DNA of 32,000 bases from Nostoc sp. PCC 7120 = FACHB-418 (GCF_000009705.1 NC_003272.1:2460001-2492000); one strand, 5' to 3'. Positions 8,935 through 16,470 are shown, counted from the stretch's first letter. Translations and numbers: made by a program. Notes: generated from the sequence alone by a model not told the origin.

Positions 8935-9285
8935 TTAAGAATCTTTGTTAAGGGAGCGATCGCCTATAGACTGTTCTGGACTACCATTAACGTTGCCCAG
9001 ATGCTTCCTCACTTCGTCAATTGTGGCATTTAGCTGGGCAATTTTATCTTCTAGCGATCGCCGTGCTGATTCCATTTCTAGGTTATCGCCATCTGGGGAT
9101 ATCATTTGACGACGTTTGCTTGGTACTTTCCTGCTTTCTCCTGAGCCATTAATTAACTCTTTCCCGTCTTCGATTAATTCTTCACTTTGTCGAGAAGCAA
9201 TCACAGCACCCAGAATACCGCCGACTACGCCGCCGAATACTGCCCCTGCGAAAAAACCGCTAGCAAAACCATCACGCTGACTCAT
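8935..9285 (-). CDS. YtxH-like small protein (Gly-rich hydrophobic N-terminus, charged C-terminal helix)
   Basis: ORF 8935..9303. The likely start is MSQRDG at 9285. The family call rests on GFFAGAVFGGVVGGILGAVIAS followed by a charged coiled region and is tentative. Confidence 0.55.
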   Translation of the reverse strand: MSQRDGFASGFFAGAVFGGVVGGILGAVIASRQSEELIEDGKELINGSGESRKVPSKRRQMISPDGDNLEMESARRSLEDKIAQLNATIDEVRKHLGNVNGSPEQSIGDRSLNKDS

Positions 9286-9352
9286 AATACCGCCTTGAAG
9301 CAACTTTTACATTAGTTAAGCTATTTTTTTCCTTCCCTAGCTGCATAGTAGC

Positions 9353-10003
9353 TCATGTCCCAAAAATGCGATCGCCTGCGTCGCCTAATCCTGGGACAAT
9401 AAACCCTTGATCATTCACCGTTTCATCAATTGTTGCGGTGTAAACTATCAAACCAGAATAAGCCGCATTCAATTTTTGTAAAGCTGGTGGTGCTGCCACT
9501 ACAGAGACAATTCTCACTAAAGACGGGTCAACGCCACGTTCTGTTAATTCTGACATTGCCTTCATGATAGACCCGCCTGTAGCTAACATCGGATCGGTAA
9601 TTAACACTCTAGTTTGGGGGTCAAATTTTTCTGGCAATTTGTTGAGGTAACATGAAGCTTCCAATGTCTCCTCATTACGCACCAAACCCAGGTGGTAAAT
9701 TGAAGCCAAAGGTAAGACAGTTTGCGCCCCCTCTAATAAGCCTAATCCTGCCCGCAAAATCGGCACCACTGCCACAGGCACTTGGGGATTGATTACAGTC
9801 GCTGGGCATATCTCTAAGGGAGTTTGTACCGTCGTCTCCTCTGTAGGCAACCATTCCCGCGCTGCTTCATAAGTTAGCCATCTACCCAACTCGGTGATGG
9901 CACTACGAAATAAGACTGAAGGTGTGGCAGCATCACGGGCAACTGCCAGCCAGTGCTTAATTAAAGGATGGGGAGGAACGTAAACACGCAGTTGTACCGT
10001 CAT
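9353..10003 (-). CDS. upp: uracil phosphoribosyltransferase
   Basis: 216-aa ORF with PRPP-binding motif VLITDPMLATGGS and C-terminal YIVPGLGDAGDR-type motif (FIVPGLGDAGDRIFGT). Confidence 0.9.
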   Translation of the reverse strand: MTVQLRVYVPPHPLIKHWLAVARDAATPSVLFRSAITELGRWLTYEAAREWLPTEETTVQTPLEICPATVINPQVPVAVVPILRAGLGLLEGAQTVLPLASIYHLGLVRNEETLEASCYLNKLPEKFDPQTRVLITDPMLATGGSIMKAMSELTERGVDPSLVRIVSVVAAPPALQKLNAAYSGLIVYTATIDETVNDQGFIVPGLGDAGDRIFGT

Positions 10004-10060
10004 AGCCGGAAATTGCCAATTTTAATTCTATGAGAACTGAAACATCATCATACTCTGTCT

Positions 10061-10088
10061 CGTAATTTGTAATTCGTAATTCGTAATT
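10061..10088. repeat. tandem heptamer tract (C/T)GTAATT x4
   Basis: cgtaatt tgtaatt cgtaatt cgtaatt. Confidence 0.85.
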
Positions 10089-10272
10089 AATTATGACTTA
10101 TGTATGAAAACGAAAGATCAAAGGTATGGGGGTATAGGGGTTTGAAACCCTTACACCCAGTCTCAACAGAAAATCTGGGTGCCTAAGTCCTAATTAATTT
10201 GGCTTTGTGGATGGGGATTTGTGAGCTAAATCAGAGATATCAAAATTTAATGCAAAAGATTTTCATTAATAG

Positions 10273-10302
10273 TTGACAGGTATTCTCAATCCGAGTTATA
10301 TT
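10273..10302 (+). promoter_or_regulatory. sigma70-type promoter candidate
   Basis: TTGACA (10273-10278), an 18-nt spacer, then TATATT (10297-10302). Alternatively a 17-nt spacer to TTATAT. No CDS follows directly. Confidence 0.4.
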
Positions 10303-10397
10303 ATTTGTCAGTGTTCTCCTCTCTTTAAGGATCGGCAGACGGGATTAGTCGGCGGTAGCAGGCTCATCCCTCTTTTTTGTATGGGTAAACACTTAAC

Positions 10398-10464
10398 AAT
10401 TCAAAATTCAAAATTCAAAATTAAGTTTTTACATATCTTTGCCACTGACAACTGACAACTGACA
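10398..10464. repeat. two heptamer tracts: (AATTCAA) x3.5 at 10398-10422 and (ACTGACA) x3 at 10444-10464
   Basis: Direct reading. Confidence 0.9.
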
Positions 10465-10498
10465 AAACTCTATCCCCTTGTGGGTCGAGTTTTTATTT
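10464..10498 (+). terminator. A-tract/T-tract hairpin terminator candidate
   Basis: AAAACTC-TATCC...GGGT-C-GAGTTTT gives about 12 pairs with one mismatch and one G-T, followed by TATTT. Confidence 0.45.
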
Positions 10499-10592
10499 AC
10501 GATAAATTTGAGGAAATTGCGTAAGCTTTACCAGATATAGATGTATTATGAAATACGGTTTGGCTGGTTAATTCCATGTAAGTGCAGCTTTT

Positions 10593-12113
10593 ATGTCCGT
10601 AACCTCAACTACTTCCCAAAATTCTTTGTTTGATGTCATCGTGATTGGGTCTGGCATTGGCGGACTAGTGACAGCAACCCAACTCGCAACCAAGGGAGCG
10701 AAAGTTCTGGTACTAGAAAGCTATATCATTCCTGGTGGAAGTGCTGGCTACTTTGAGCGTCAAGGCTATCGTTTTGACGTTGGAGCTTCCATGATTTTTG
10801 GCTTAGGGAACAGAGGGACTACAAACTTACTCACCCGTGCTTTACAAGCTGTAAATAGTAGTGTAGATGCGATCGCCGATCCTGTACAAATCCACTACCA
10901 CTTACCCAACAACTTAAACCTGAAAGTTGACCGGGTTTATGATAAGTTTTTGCAAAATCTTGCTGCTTACTTTCCTCATGAAAAAGAGGGGATTCGTGGC
11001 TTTTATGACGAATGTTGGCAAGTATTTAAGTGTCTCAACCGCATGGAGTTGTTGTCATTAGAAGAACCTCGGTATTTGCTGCGATCGTTTTTGCAACATC
11101 CTTTAGCGTGTCTAGGTTTACTTAAGTATCTGCCTCAAAATGCTGGGGATATCGCCCGTCGCTACATCAAAGACCCAGAATTATTGAAATTTATCGATAT
11201 AGAATGTTACTGCTGGTCTGTAGTGCCAGCAGCGATGACACCGATGATTAATGCAGGTATGGTCTTTTCTGACAGGCATTATGGCGGTGTTAACTACCCC
11301 AAGGGTGGAGTAGGTCAAATTGCCCAGAAGCTCGTAGAAGGCTTAGAAAAAGCTGGTGGCGAGATTCGATATCAAGCCAAAGTAGCAAAAATCATTACTG
11401 AAAAAGACTGTGCTGTCGGTGTGCAACTAACTAATGGTGAAATTTATCGAGGCAAACGGATAGTTTCTAATGCTACACGGTGGGACACATTTGACAAATT
11501 ACTACCTGTAGATCAAATACCATCTAATGAGAAAAAATGGCAACAGAACTATAAAAAATCACCCAGTTTTTTGAGTTTACACATAGGGGTCAAAGAGTCA
11601 GTCTTACCTCAAGGGACAGAATGCCATCATATTATCTTGGAAGATTGGCAAAATATGACCCAACCAGAAGGCACACTGTTTGTCTCCATACCCACATTGC
11701 TTGATCCAGAATTAGCCCCAGAAGGATACCATATAATTCATGCCTTTACGCCTAATTGGATGAATGATTGGCATGGGTTGTCTGTGAGTGACTACGAAGC
11801 GAAGAAAGAAGAGACAGCCTGGCGAATTATTGACAGACTAGAAAAGATATTTCCTGGCTTAGATGCAGGTTTAGATTATTTAGAAGTAGGCACACCCCGT
11901 ACCCATCGCCGCTTTTTAGGGCGAGAAGACGGCACTTATGGCCCCATTCCCAGACGTAAACTGCGAGGATTGTTGTCCATGCCTTTTAATCGCACCGCTA
12001 TCAAGGGACTGTATTGTGTAGGAGACAGTACATTTCCCGGACAGGGTTTAAATGCAGTCGCCTTTTCTGGCTTCGCCTGCGCCCATCGTATCGCCGTCGA
12101 TTTGGGGTTGTGA
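10593..12113 (+). CDS. crtH: carotenoid (prolycopene) isomerase, CrtH/CRTISO-like FAD-dependent oxidoreductase
   Basis: 506-aa ORF. N-terminal dinucleotide fold DVIVIGSGIGGLVTATQLATKGAKVLVLE followed by IPGGSAGYFERQGYRFDVGASMIFG, as I remember for cyanobacterial CrtH. C-terminal GDSTFPGQGLNAV. Confidence 0.8.
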   Translation: MSVTSTTSQNSLFDVIVIGSGIGGLVTATQLATKGAKVLVLESYIIPGGSAGYFERQGYRFDVGASMIFGLGNRGTTNLLTRALQAVNSSVDAIADPVQIHYHLPNNLNLKVDRVYDKFLQNLAAYFPHEKEGIRGFYDECWQVFKCLNRMELLSLEEPRYLLRSFLQHPLACLGLLKYLPQNAGDIARRYIKDPELLKFIDIECYCWSVVPAAMTPMINAGMVFSDRHYGGVNYPKGGVGQIAQKLVEGLEKAGGEIRYQAKVAKIITEKDCAVGVQLTNGEIYRGKRIVSNATRWDTFDKLLPVDQIPSNEKKWQQNYKKSPSFLSLHIGVKESVLPQGTECHHIILEDWQNMTQPEGTLFVSIPTLLDPELAPEGYHIIHAFTPNWMNDWHGLSVSDYEAKKEETAWRIIDRLEKIFPGLDAGLDYLEVGTPRTHRRFLGREDGTYGPIPRRKLRGLLSMPFNRTAIKGLYCVGDSTFPGQGLNAVAFSGFACAHRIAVDLGL

Positions 12114-12246
12114 TGGGATGAGGAAGGCGGGAAGAAATACAGCACTAGTTAAGGTTGGAGACTTCCAGATAAAAAATATTGAAACTGTAGCGACTGTCTT
12201 GAAAGTCAAGCGATCGTTAACAAAAACCGGGACTCTGAACATTGAC

Positions 12247-12373
12247 GCAACTGGGGAACGCTGCGCTAGATTCTGCGGTGGCTGGTACGGGCAAAAAGAC
12301 TTGTGGCTCTTGGCTAAGATGGTAGCAGCCCGCACCAGCCACTCCGCTTCGCCGCAGAATCTTCCCCAGTTGC
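12247..12373. ncRNA. candidate IS110-family guide RNA (bridge RNA / seekRNA-like): 127-nt extended hairpin
   Basis: Four perfect stems totalling 35 Watson-Crick pairs: 12247-12258/12362-12373 (12 bp), 12269-12278/12352-12361 (10 bp), 12279-12286/12334-12341 (8 bp), 12288-12292/12328-12332 (5 bp). Two 10-nt one-sided bulges (12259-12268 and 12342-12351) and a 35-nt apical region. Lies 103 nt 3' of the recombinase stop. The strand cannot be decided from the pairing because there are no G-U pairs. Confidence 0.45.
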
Positions 12374-12476
12374 TGGATTTCCCGTGAAGATAAAAAAGAG
12401 CATCAAAAATTGACCCAAATGCGGCAATAGGATCATCAGGGAGAGTATTTCCAAGTATAAAAACGGTCAATTGTGA

Positions 12477-13439
12477 TTAAGCGTTGGGAATGGGTTGTAA
12501 GTTGTCAGTAACACGCCAAGGTAAATTATCCCGAACCATTGCATTTAAAATGACTAACATTTTATGAACGCAAGCAGTGAGAGCTAATTTTTTCGATTTA
12601 CCACGTTCGACAAGACGCTCATAAAAGGCCTTGATAACCGGATTATGACGCATAGCAACAACAGCACCCATATAAAGAGTGGCACGAACATGAGCGCGAC
12701 CGCCATTAATCATGCGCTTACCTTTGTGTTGACCACTATCATGATTGATAGGTGCAACACCAACTAAGCGAGAAATTTGTTTGGCAGTGAGTTGACCGAG
12801 TTCTGGCAAATCAGAAACCAGAGTTGTCGAAATAACTTGGCCAATACCAGGAGTAGTTTTGAGTAAATTAACTTTTTCAATCCATTGTTGATTGTTTTGA
12901 GTTAATTGCTCAATTTCTTGATTGAGTTGTTTGAGACGTTCGTCAAGATATTCAATGTGTGCTTCAATATCTGCCAATGCTTTACCACGGGCGCGTGAGC
13001 GTCGATTTTTTTCAGCAGTTTGCATCTCAACTAATTGTCTTCGACGACTAATTAATTCTCCTAATTGACGAGATGCTTGTGACTCAATGTTTAACACTTG
13101 AGGTTTCATTGCTTCCCCAAAGTGTGCCAATATTTGTGCATCGATAGCATCTGTTTTGGCGAGTTTACCAGTGGCTTTGGCAAAATTTCGTCCTTGACGT
13201 GGATTGATTAATGCTACTGGTAGCATTGCTGCCTGTAGTTGAATGACCAGTTCTGTTTCTAATCCTCCGGTTGCTTCTAGTACGATGAGGTTCAAATCAT
13301 AAAATTTTAATTGTTCAACTAAATTAAATATTTCTAGTTCTGTATTAGCAAACTTCAATGCTTTACCGATGGGACGGATATAAACATCGAGGGTCGCTTT
13401 GCTCACGTCAATGCCTACCCACACAGAGATGTTTTCCAT
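12477..13439 (-). CDS. IS110-family transposase/recombinase (DEDD RuvC-like N-domain plus Tnp C-domain)
   Basis: 320-aa ORF. Motifs: VGIDVSK (first Asp), LEATGG (Glu), KTDAIDA (Asp/Asp), helix-hairpin-helix-like TPGIGQVISTTLVSDLPELG, and C-terminal APINHDSGQHKGKR with the conserved Ser. Confidence 0.93.
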   Translation of the reverse strand: MENISVWVGIDVSKATLDVYIRPIGKALKFANTELEIFNLVEQLKFYDLNLIVLEATGGLETELVIQLQAAMLPVALINPRQGRNFAKATGKLAKTDAIDAQILAHFGEAMKPQVLNIESQASRQLGELISRRRQLVEMQTAEKNRRSRARGKALADIEAHIEYLDERLKQLNQEIEQLTQNNQQWIEKVNLLKTTPGIGQVISTTLVSDLPELGQLTAKQISRLVGVAPINHDSGQHKGKRMINGGRAHVRATLYMGAVVAMRHNPVIKAFYERLVERGKSKKLALTACVHKMLVILNAMVRDNLPWRVTDNLQPIPNA

Positions 13440-13660
13440 TTTTGAATCTCAACTATTTTGTCAAGAAGTTTTTAATTCATCCCCTTGATTTCACTCATCC
13501 TTGCCCGATGCGGACTGTATACTTTAAATGTCAGTAGTTTAAAGCTTTGACCCCGGCGACTGTTCGAGTTCTGTCAAAGAGATTGTTGTGGTGACCCATG
13601 CTACAAAGCGGTCTTTAATGACCTAGGGTGCGACGGTCTACCACTTCTTTTAATATACAA

Positions 13661-13737
13661 GGGTGCGTCAGTGCGAGAAAACCTAGCTGTACCAAGAAAT
13701 CATTCATACTGACGCACCCTACTAACTACTAACCGTC
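13661..13737. repeat. MITE-like hairpin repeat, copy 2, left part (interrupted by IS630)
   Basis: Arms GGGTGCGTCAGT (13661-13672) / ACTGACGCACCC (13708-13719). Aligns with 2988-3058. Confidence 0.75.
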
Positions 13738-13747
13738 TATAGGAATC

Positions 13748-14332
13748 CTATTTGATTTTTGAATAAGTTCCGTACATCTGTAGAGTGTCAAAATCAAAGG
13801 TAGTGTGTCTAATAAACCACTCAAATATCCACTTTAAATGTGAAAATGAAGGAATTAAAGCACAAAAACGTCTAACCCATGTTTTGGCTTGTAACCAAAT
13901 ATCCTCTATCGGATTTTGTACTGGGCAATTAGGGGCAAAACGGACACAGTGTATTTTCCATTGCTCGGTTGGTAAGCTTTGATTAACAGAGTCCAAGAAA
14001 CCTCTAATTTCCTTGGAACGGTGGTAGCTAGCCCCATCCCAAAAAATTAGTAATCGCTGGTCGGGAGAGTTAGCTAGTAAGTATTCTAGGTAGTTGATAG
14101 TATTTTTTGAGTTTCCAGCATCATAAGCTTTGAGAACTAATTCTCCAAGGAGATAGTCAACTGCCCCATAGTATGTCTGCTTATCTCGCTCGTTGACAAC
14201 TGGGACTGCGATTTCTTGGTCACTTTTTCCCCATACATAACCACTTAAATCTCCCCACATTAAATGACACTCATCAATTAACAATACTCTTAACTTTCCT
14301 GTTTCGATTTCTTCTCGGTTATTTGCCAGCAA
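13748..14332 (-). CDS. IS630-family transposase, DDE catalytic part (OrfB, -1 frame relative to OrfA)
   Basis: LLIDECHL, IFWDGASYH and NPIEDIW supply the acidic triad. It has no independent ATG and reads on from OrfA after a -1 shift in the A10 run. Confidence 0.85.
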   Translation of the reverse strand: MLANNREEIETGKLRVLLIDECHLMWGDLSGYVWGKSDQEIAVPVVNERDKQTYYGAVDYLLGELVLKAYDAGNSKNTINYLEYLLANSPDQRLLIFWDGASYHRSKEIRGFLDSVNQSLPTEQWKIHCVRFAPNCPVQNPIEDIWLQAKTWVRRFCALIPSFSHLKWIFEWFIRHTTFDFDTLQMYGTYSKIK

Positions 14333-14859
14333 TGTTTCAATCTCTTTTTTTTTTCTGCAACAGCATTCTCATCGGCTTTCGGATTTACCTTTGTGGTTTT
14401 CTTCCAACTGATTCCTGCTTCGGAGAACAAGTCGTAGTAGCTTTGCTTTGACTCATAAACTACGTCATACTCAAAAGCTAGTTGATACTCTAGTTCCCCA
14501 AGCTCCCAACAATCTTTTGTTTGTAGCCAGCTCAACACCTCTTGGAGTTGTTTAGCATTCAGATAGCTCTTTCTCCCTTTGTAGTTTAGTCGCAGTCCGT
14601 CAATTCCAGTTTCTTCATAGGCTTGCTTCCAGCCTGTGATTGACCCTCGCGATACGTCTAAAATTTTTTGGATTTCATCATACAAGTAACCTTGATAAAC
14701 TAGCTTGACTGCCAATGCTTTCCTTACTTCACGCGCATCTGGACACATATCTATAAAATCTTGTAATTCAGCAATCGCATTCAGTGCAGTTTCCTCTTTT
14801 AAATATTGCTGCGATACTTCCCCCGCAAGTGTAGTAGCTTGTAAATGCTGACTTTTCAT
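14290..14859 (-). CDS. IS630-family transposase, N-terminal HTH/DNA-binding part (OrfA)
   Basis: 189-aa ORF with winged-helix/HTH-like segments (ILDVSRGSITGWKQAY, LNAKQLQEVLSWL). Ends 50 nt after the A10 run. Confidence 0.85.
   Translation of the reverse strand: MKSQHLQATTLAGEVSQQYLKEETALNAIAELQDFIDMCPDAREVRKALAVKLVYQGYLYDEIQKILDVSRGSITGWKQAYEETGIDGLRLNYKGRKSYLNAKQLQEVLSWLQTKDCWELGELEYQLAFEYDVVYESKQSYYDLFSEAGISWKKTTKVNPKADENAVAEKKKRLKHCWQITEKKSKQES
14345..14354 (-). promoter_or_regulatory. A10 slippery run (T10 on the plus strand): candidate -1 frameshift site joining OrfA and OrfB
   Basis: The minus strand reads GCA GAA AAA AAA AAG AGA. A -1 slip gives ...AEKKK-KEIETLLANNREEIETGKLRVLLIDE..., continuous with OrfB. 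Confidence 0.6.
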
Positions 14860-14933
14860 TGTTTACTATTAGACTTTTATCCCTCTCCGTATTATCTCTT
14901 GGTCTTGTTCACAAATCAAATAGGATTCCTATA

Positions 14934-14955
14934 GTTGGAATAATTTATGTTTTTT
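14934..14955. repeat. MITE-like hairpin repeat, copy 2, right part
   Basis: GTTGGAATAATTTATGTTTTTT aligns with TTTGGAATAATTTATTTTTT at 3060-3079. Confidence 0.7.
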
Positions 14956-14971
14956 AATTAAATAAACATGG

Positions 14972-15919
14972 TTATAAAAAATCTGTCTCCTTGAGAAATT
15001 GTAAAATTTCTTTGTTGACAACTTTTGCAGAACCGGTGGAAGCATCATGATAGCAGTTATCTAAAATTTGCAACTTGGAATTAGGTAAGTGTTGATGTAA
15101 TTTTTTCCCGTGGCTGGCAGGAAACCAGCTATCTTTATCGCCCCATAAGATTAATGTGGGAGCCTCAATTAAATTCAACTTATTTTGAATTTCACTGAGC
15201 ATATTTGGTTTATTTGCTTGCCAGTTCTCGATTTCTCTTGCCGCTATTTGTAACTCTTCGGCAACTTTAACCAAAGTTCCTGGAATTTCAATAAATGGGT
15301 AAGTAATCCAATACACATCTTCTTGAGTCAAAATTGACGGATCAAACAGTACTTTACGTCTTTCTACCGCCATAACTTCTCGAACTATGGGCGCAAATAA
15401 ATAAGCTAAACGCAAATCATCGATTGTTTGTAATATTTCTATTGGTGTTTGGGCAAGTATAGACATTGCCCAATGGGGTAAACGATCAGCAAAAATTGGC
15501 GCATTAATTACTACTAACCGTCCGATTAATTCGGCATTTTTTTGTGCTAAGGCAAGAGCTACCAATGCACCTAAGGATTCAGCTGCAACAATAGCTGGTT
15601 CATCACATAAACATTGAATAATGCGTTCTAATTCAATGACTTGATGCCCATTCTTTTCTTGACGCAAGCAAGGTTTATCAGAAAAACCGAAACCTTTAGC
15701 ATCTACACAAATGACGCGGAAATACTTAGATAATGGAGCTACACTATAACGCCAATTATAGCTCCAACTACCCATACCGTGTATGAGAAATAATGGCCTA
15801 CCTGTACCTTTTTCACCGTATGCAATTTGTACAGGATACCCATGAACGTCACTAATTATCAGACTTTGCCGCCCCTTGGGGAAAGTCTCTTGCCACCAAT
15901 CTTTCATGTCTTTGCTCAA
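14972..15919 (-). CDS. alpha/beta-fold hydrolase
   Basis: 315-aa ORF with HGMGS, AESLGA nucleophile elbow and a C-terminal CYHDA histidine motif. Confidence 0.85.
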   Translation of the reverse strand: MSKDMKDWWQETFPKGRQSLIISDVHGYPVQIAYGEKGTGRPLFLIHGMGSWSYNWRYSVAPLSKYFRVICVDAKGFGFSDKPCLRQEKNGHQVIELERIIQCLCDEPAIVAAESLGALVALALAQKNAELIGRLVVINAPIFADRLPHWAMSILAQTPIEILQTIDDLRLAYLFAPIVREVMAVERRKVLFDPSILTQEDVYWITYPFIEIPGTLVKVAEELQIAAREIENWQANKPNMLSEIQNKLNLIEAPTLILWGDKDSWFPASHGKKLHQHLPNSKLQILDNCYHDASTGSAKVVNKEILQFLKETDFL

Positions 15920-15986
15920 TGAGTGATCTCAACACTCGTTAAGGCATTCTACAGCAGAAATTGGCGAATGGGGAGATGGAGGAGGG

Positions 15987-16011
15987 TGACTGTTGACTGT
16001 TGACTGTTGAC
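15987..16011. repeat. tandem heptamer tract (TGACTGT) x3.5
   Basis: tgactgt tgactgt tgactgt tgac. Abuts the stop codon of 16011..16388. Confidence 0.9.
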
Positions 16012-16388
16012 TAATGACTATTTAAGTGTTTTTCTATTAGCTTGATGTTATATTCATTTGCTGTCCACGCAAAGTCGAATATGTCACCAATGACGGGAAA
16101 ACTACCCAATAAACTATCAATGATGATATTAAATATCATTCTACTCAATATCTTTTTAGGCACACCTAGCCGCCTTGCTTCAAATACGATGTAACTGGAA
16201 AGTATTAAACCCAAAGCATCACCACCAATAGGTATAAATCCGATTAGTGGGTCTAAGCCAATAGCTATTGGTGTGCCAGGAATAGTTATGACTGTATCTA
16301 ACAGGCGGCTTAATTTACGTAGACGCTTTAAAGTAACGGCTTGAGCATTATAGTCAATATCAGGGAACTTGGGAGAAGAATTAGGCAT
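16011..16388 (-). CDS. DUF4112-like small membrane protein
   Basis: 125-aa ORF. IPGTPIAIGLDPLIGFIPIGGD fits my recollection of DUF4112. Confidence 0.65.
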   Translation of the reverse strand: MPNSSPKFPDIDYNAQAVTLKRLRKLSRLLDTVITIPGTPIAIGLDPLIGFIPIGGDALGLILSSYIVFEARRLGVPKKILSRMIFNIIIDSLLGSFPVIGDIFDFAWTANEYNIKLIEKHLNSH

Positions 16389-16470
16389 TCAGGCGATCGC
16401 TCGTTTTTCGCAATAAAATTGTTCAACATTGTACTGGTATTTGGGAAATTTACAAGAGTTGTCACGATAC

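Larger units (their letters stand above)
12190..13610 (-). mobile_element. IS110-family insertion sequence (ends approximate)
   Basis: Contains the DEDD-type recombinase gene 12477..13439 plus non-coding arms. The ends cannot be fixed from a single copy. Weak candidate junction repeats are GCGACTGT (12190-12197 and 13556-13563) and AGCG (12189-12192 and 13607-13610). The outer limits are the crtH stop (12113) and the hairpin repeat (13661). Confidence 0.6.
13740..14931 (-). mobile_element. IS630-family insertion sequence with TA target duplication
   Basis: Terminal inverted repeats TAGGAATCCTATTTGATTT (13740-13758) and the reverse complement at 14913-14931. TA flanks both sides (13738-13739 and 14932-14933). 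About 1.19 kb. Encodes an HTH OrfA and a DDE OrfB. Confidence 0.9.

Noticed and set aside
10273-10455. ORF 10273..10455(+), 60 aa
   Set aside because: Its TTG start is the first half of a TTGACA -35-like box, and a third of it is encoded by heptamer repeats.
12048-12470. Long ORFs on both strands (12048..12470 minus, 140 aa; 12052..12387 plus, 111 aa) between crtH and the IS110 recombinase gene
   Set aside because: Both overlap the 3' end of crtH and lack a ribosome-binding site. Their openness on both strands follows from the GC-rich self-complementary hairpin at 12247-12373. The translations look non-protein-like.
13440-13563. Bridge-RNA-like structure in the 5' arm of the IS110-family element, the position expected for IS110-type (IS621-like) elements
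   Set aside because: I found only one short hairpin (CTTTAAA/TTTAAAG, 13522-13544) and no multi-stem structure. The strong structure is on the 3' side. A proper folding or covariance analysis could still overturn this.
13555-13580. tRNA-like GTTCGAGTTC string suggesting a T-arm, and therefore a tRNA-gene target of the IS
   Set aside because: The flanking bases do not form a T-stem and there is no acceptor or anticodon arm nearby.
4159-15919. Treating the three alpha/beta hydrolases (4159..5097, 6107..7105, 14972..15919) as a functional cluster
   Set aside because: They share only generic fold motifs, are separated by unrelated housekeeping genes, and show no operon structure.
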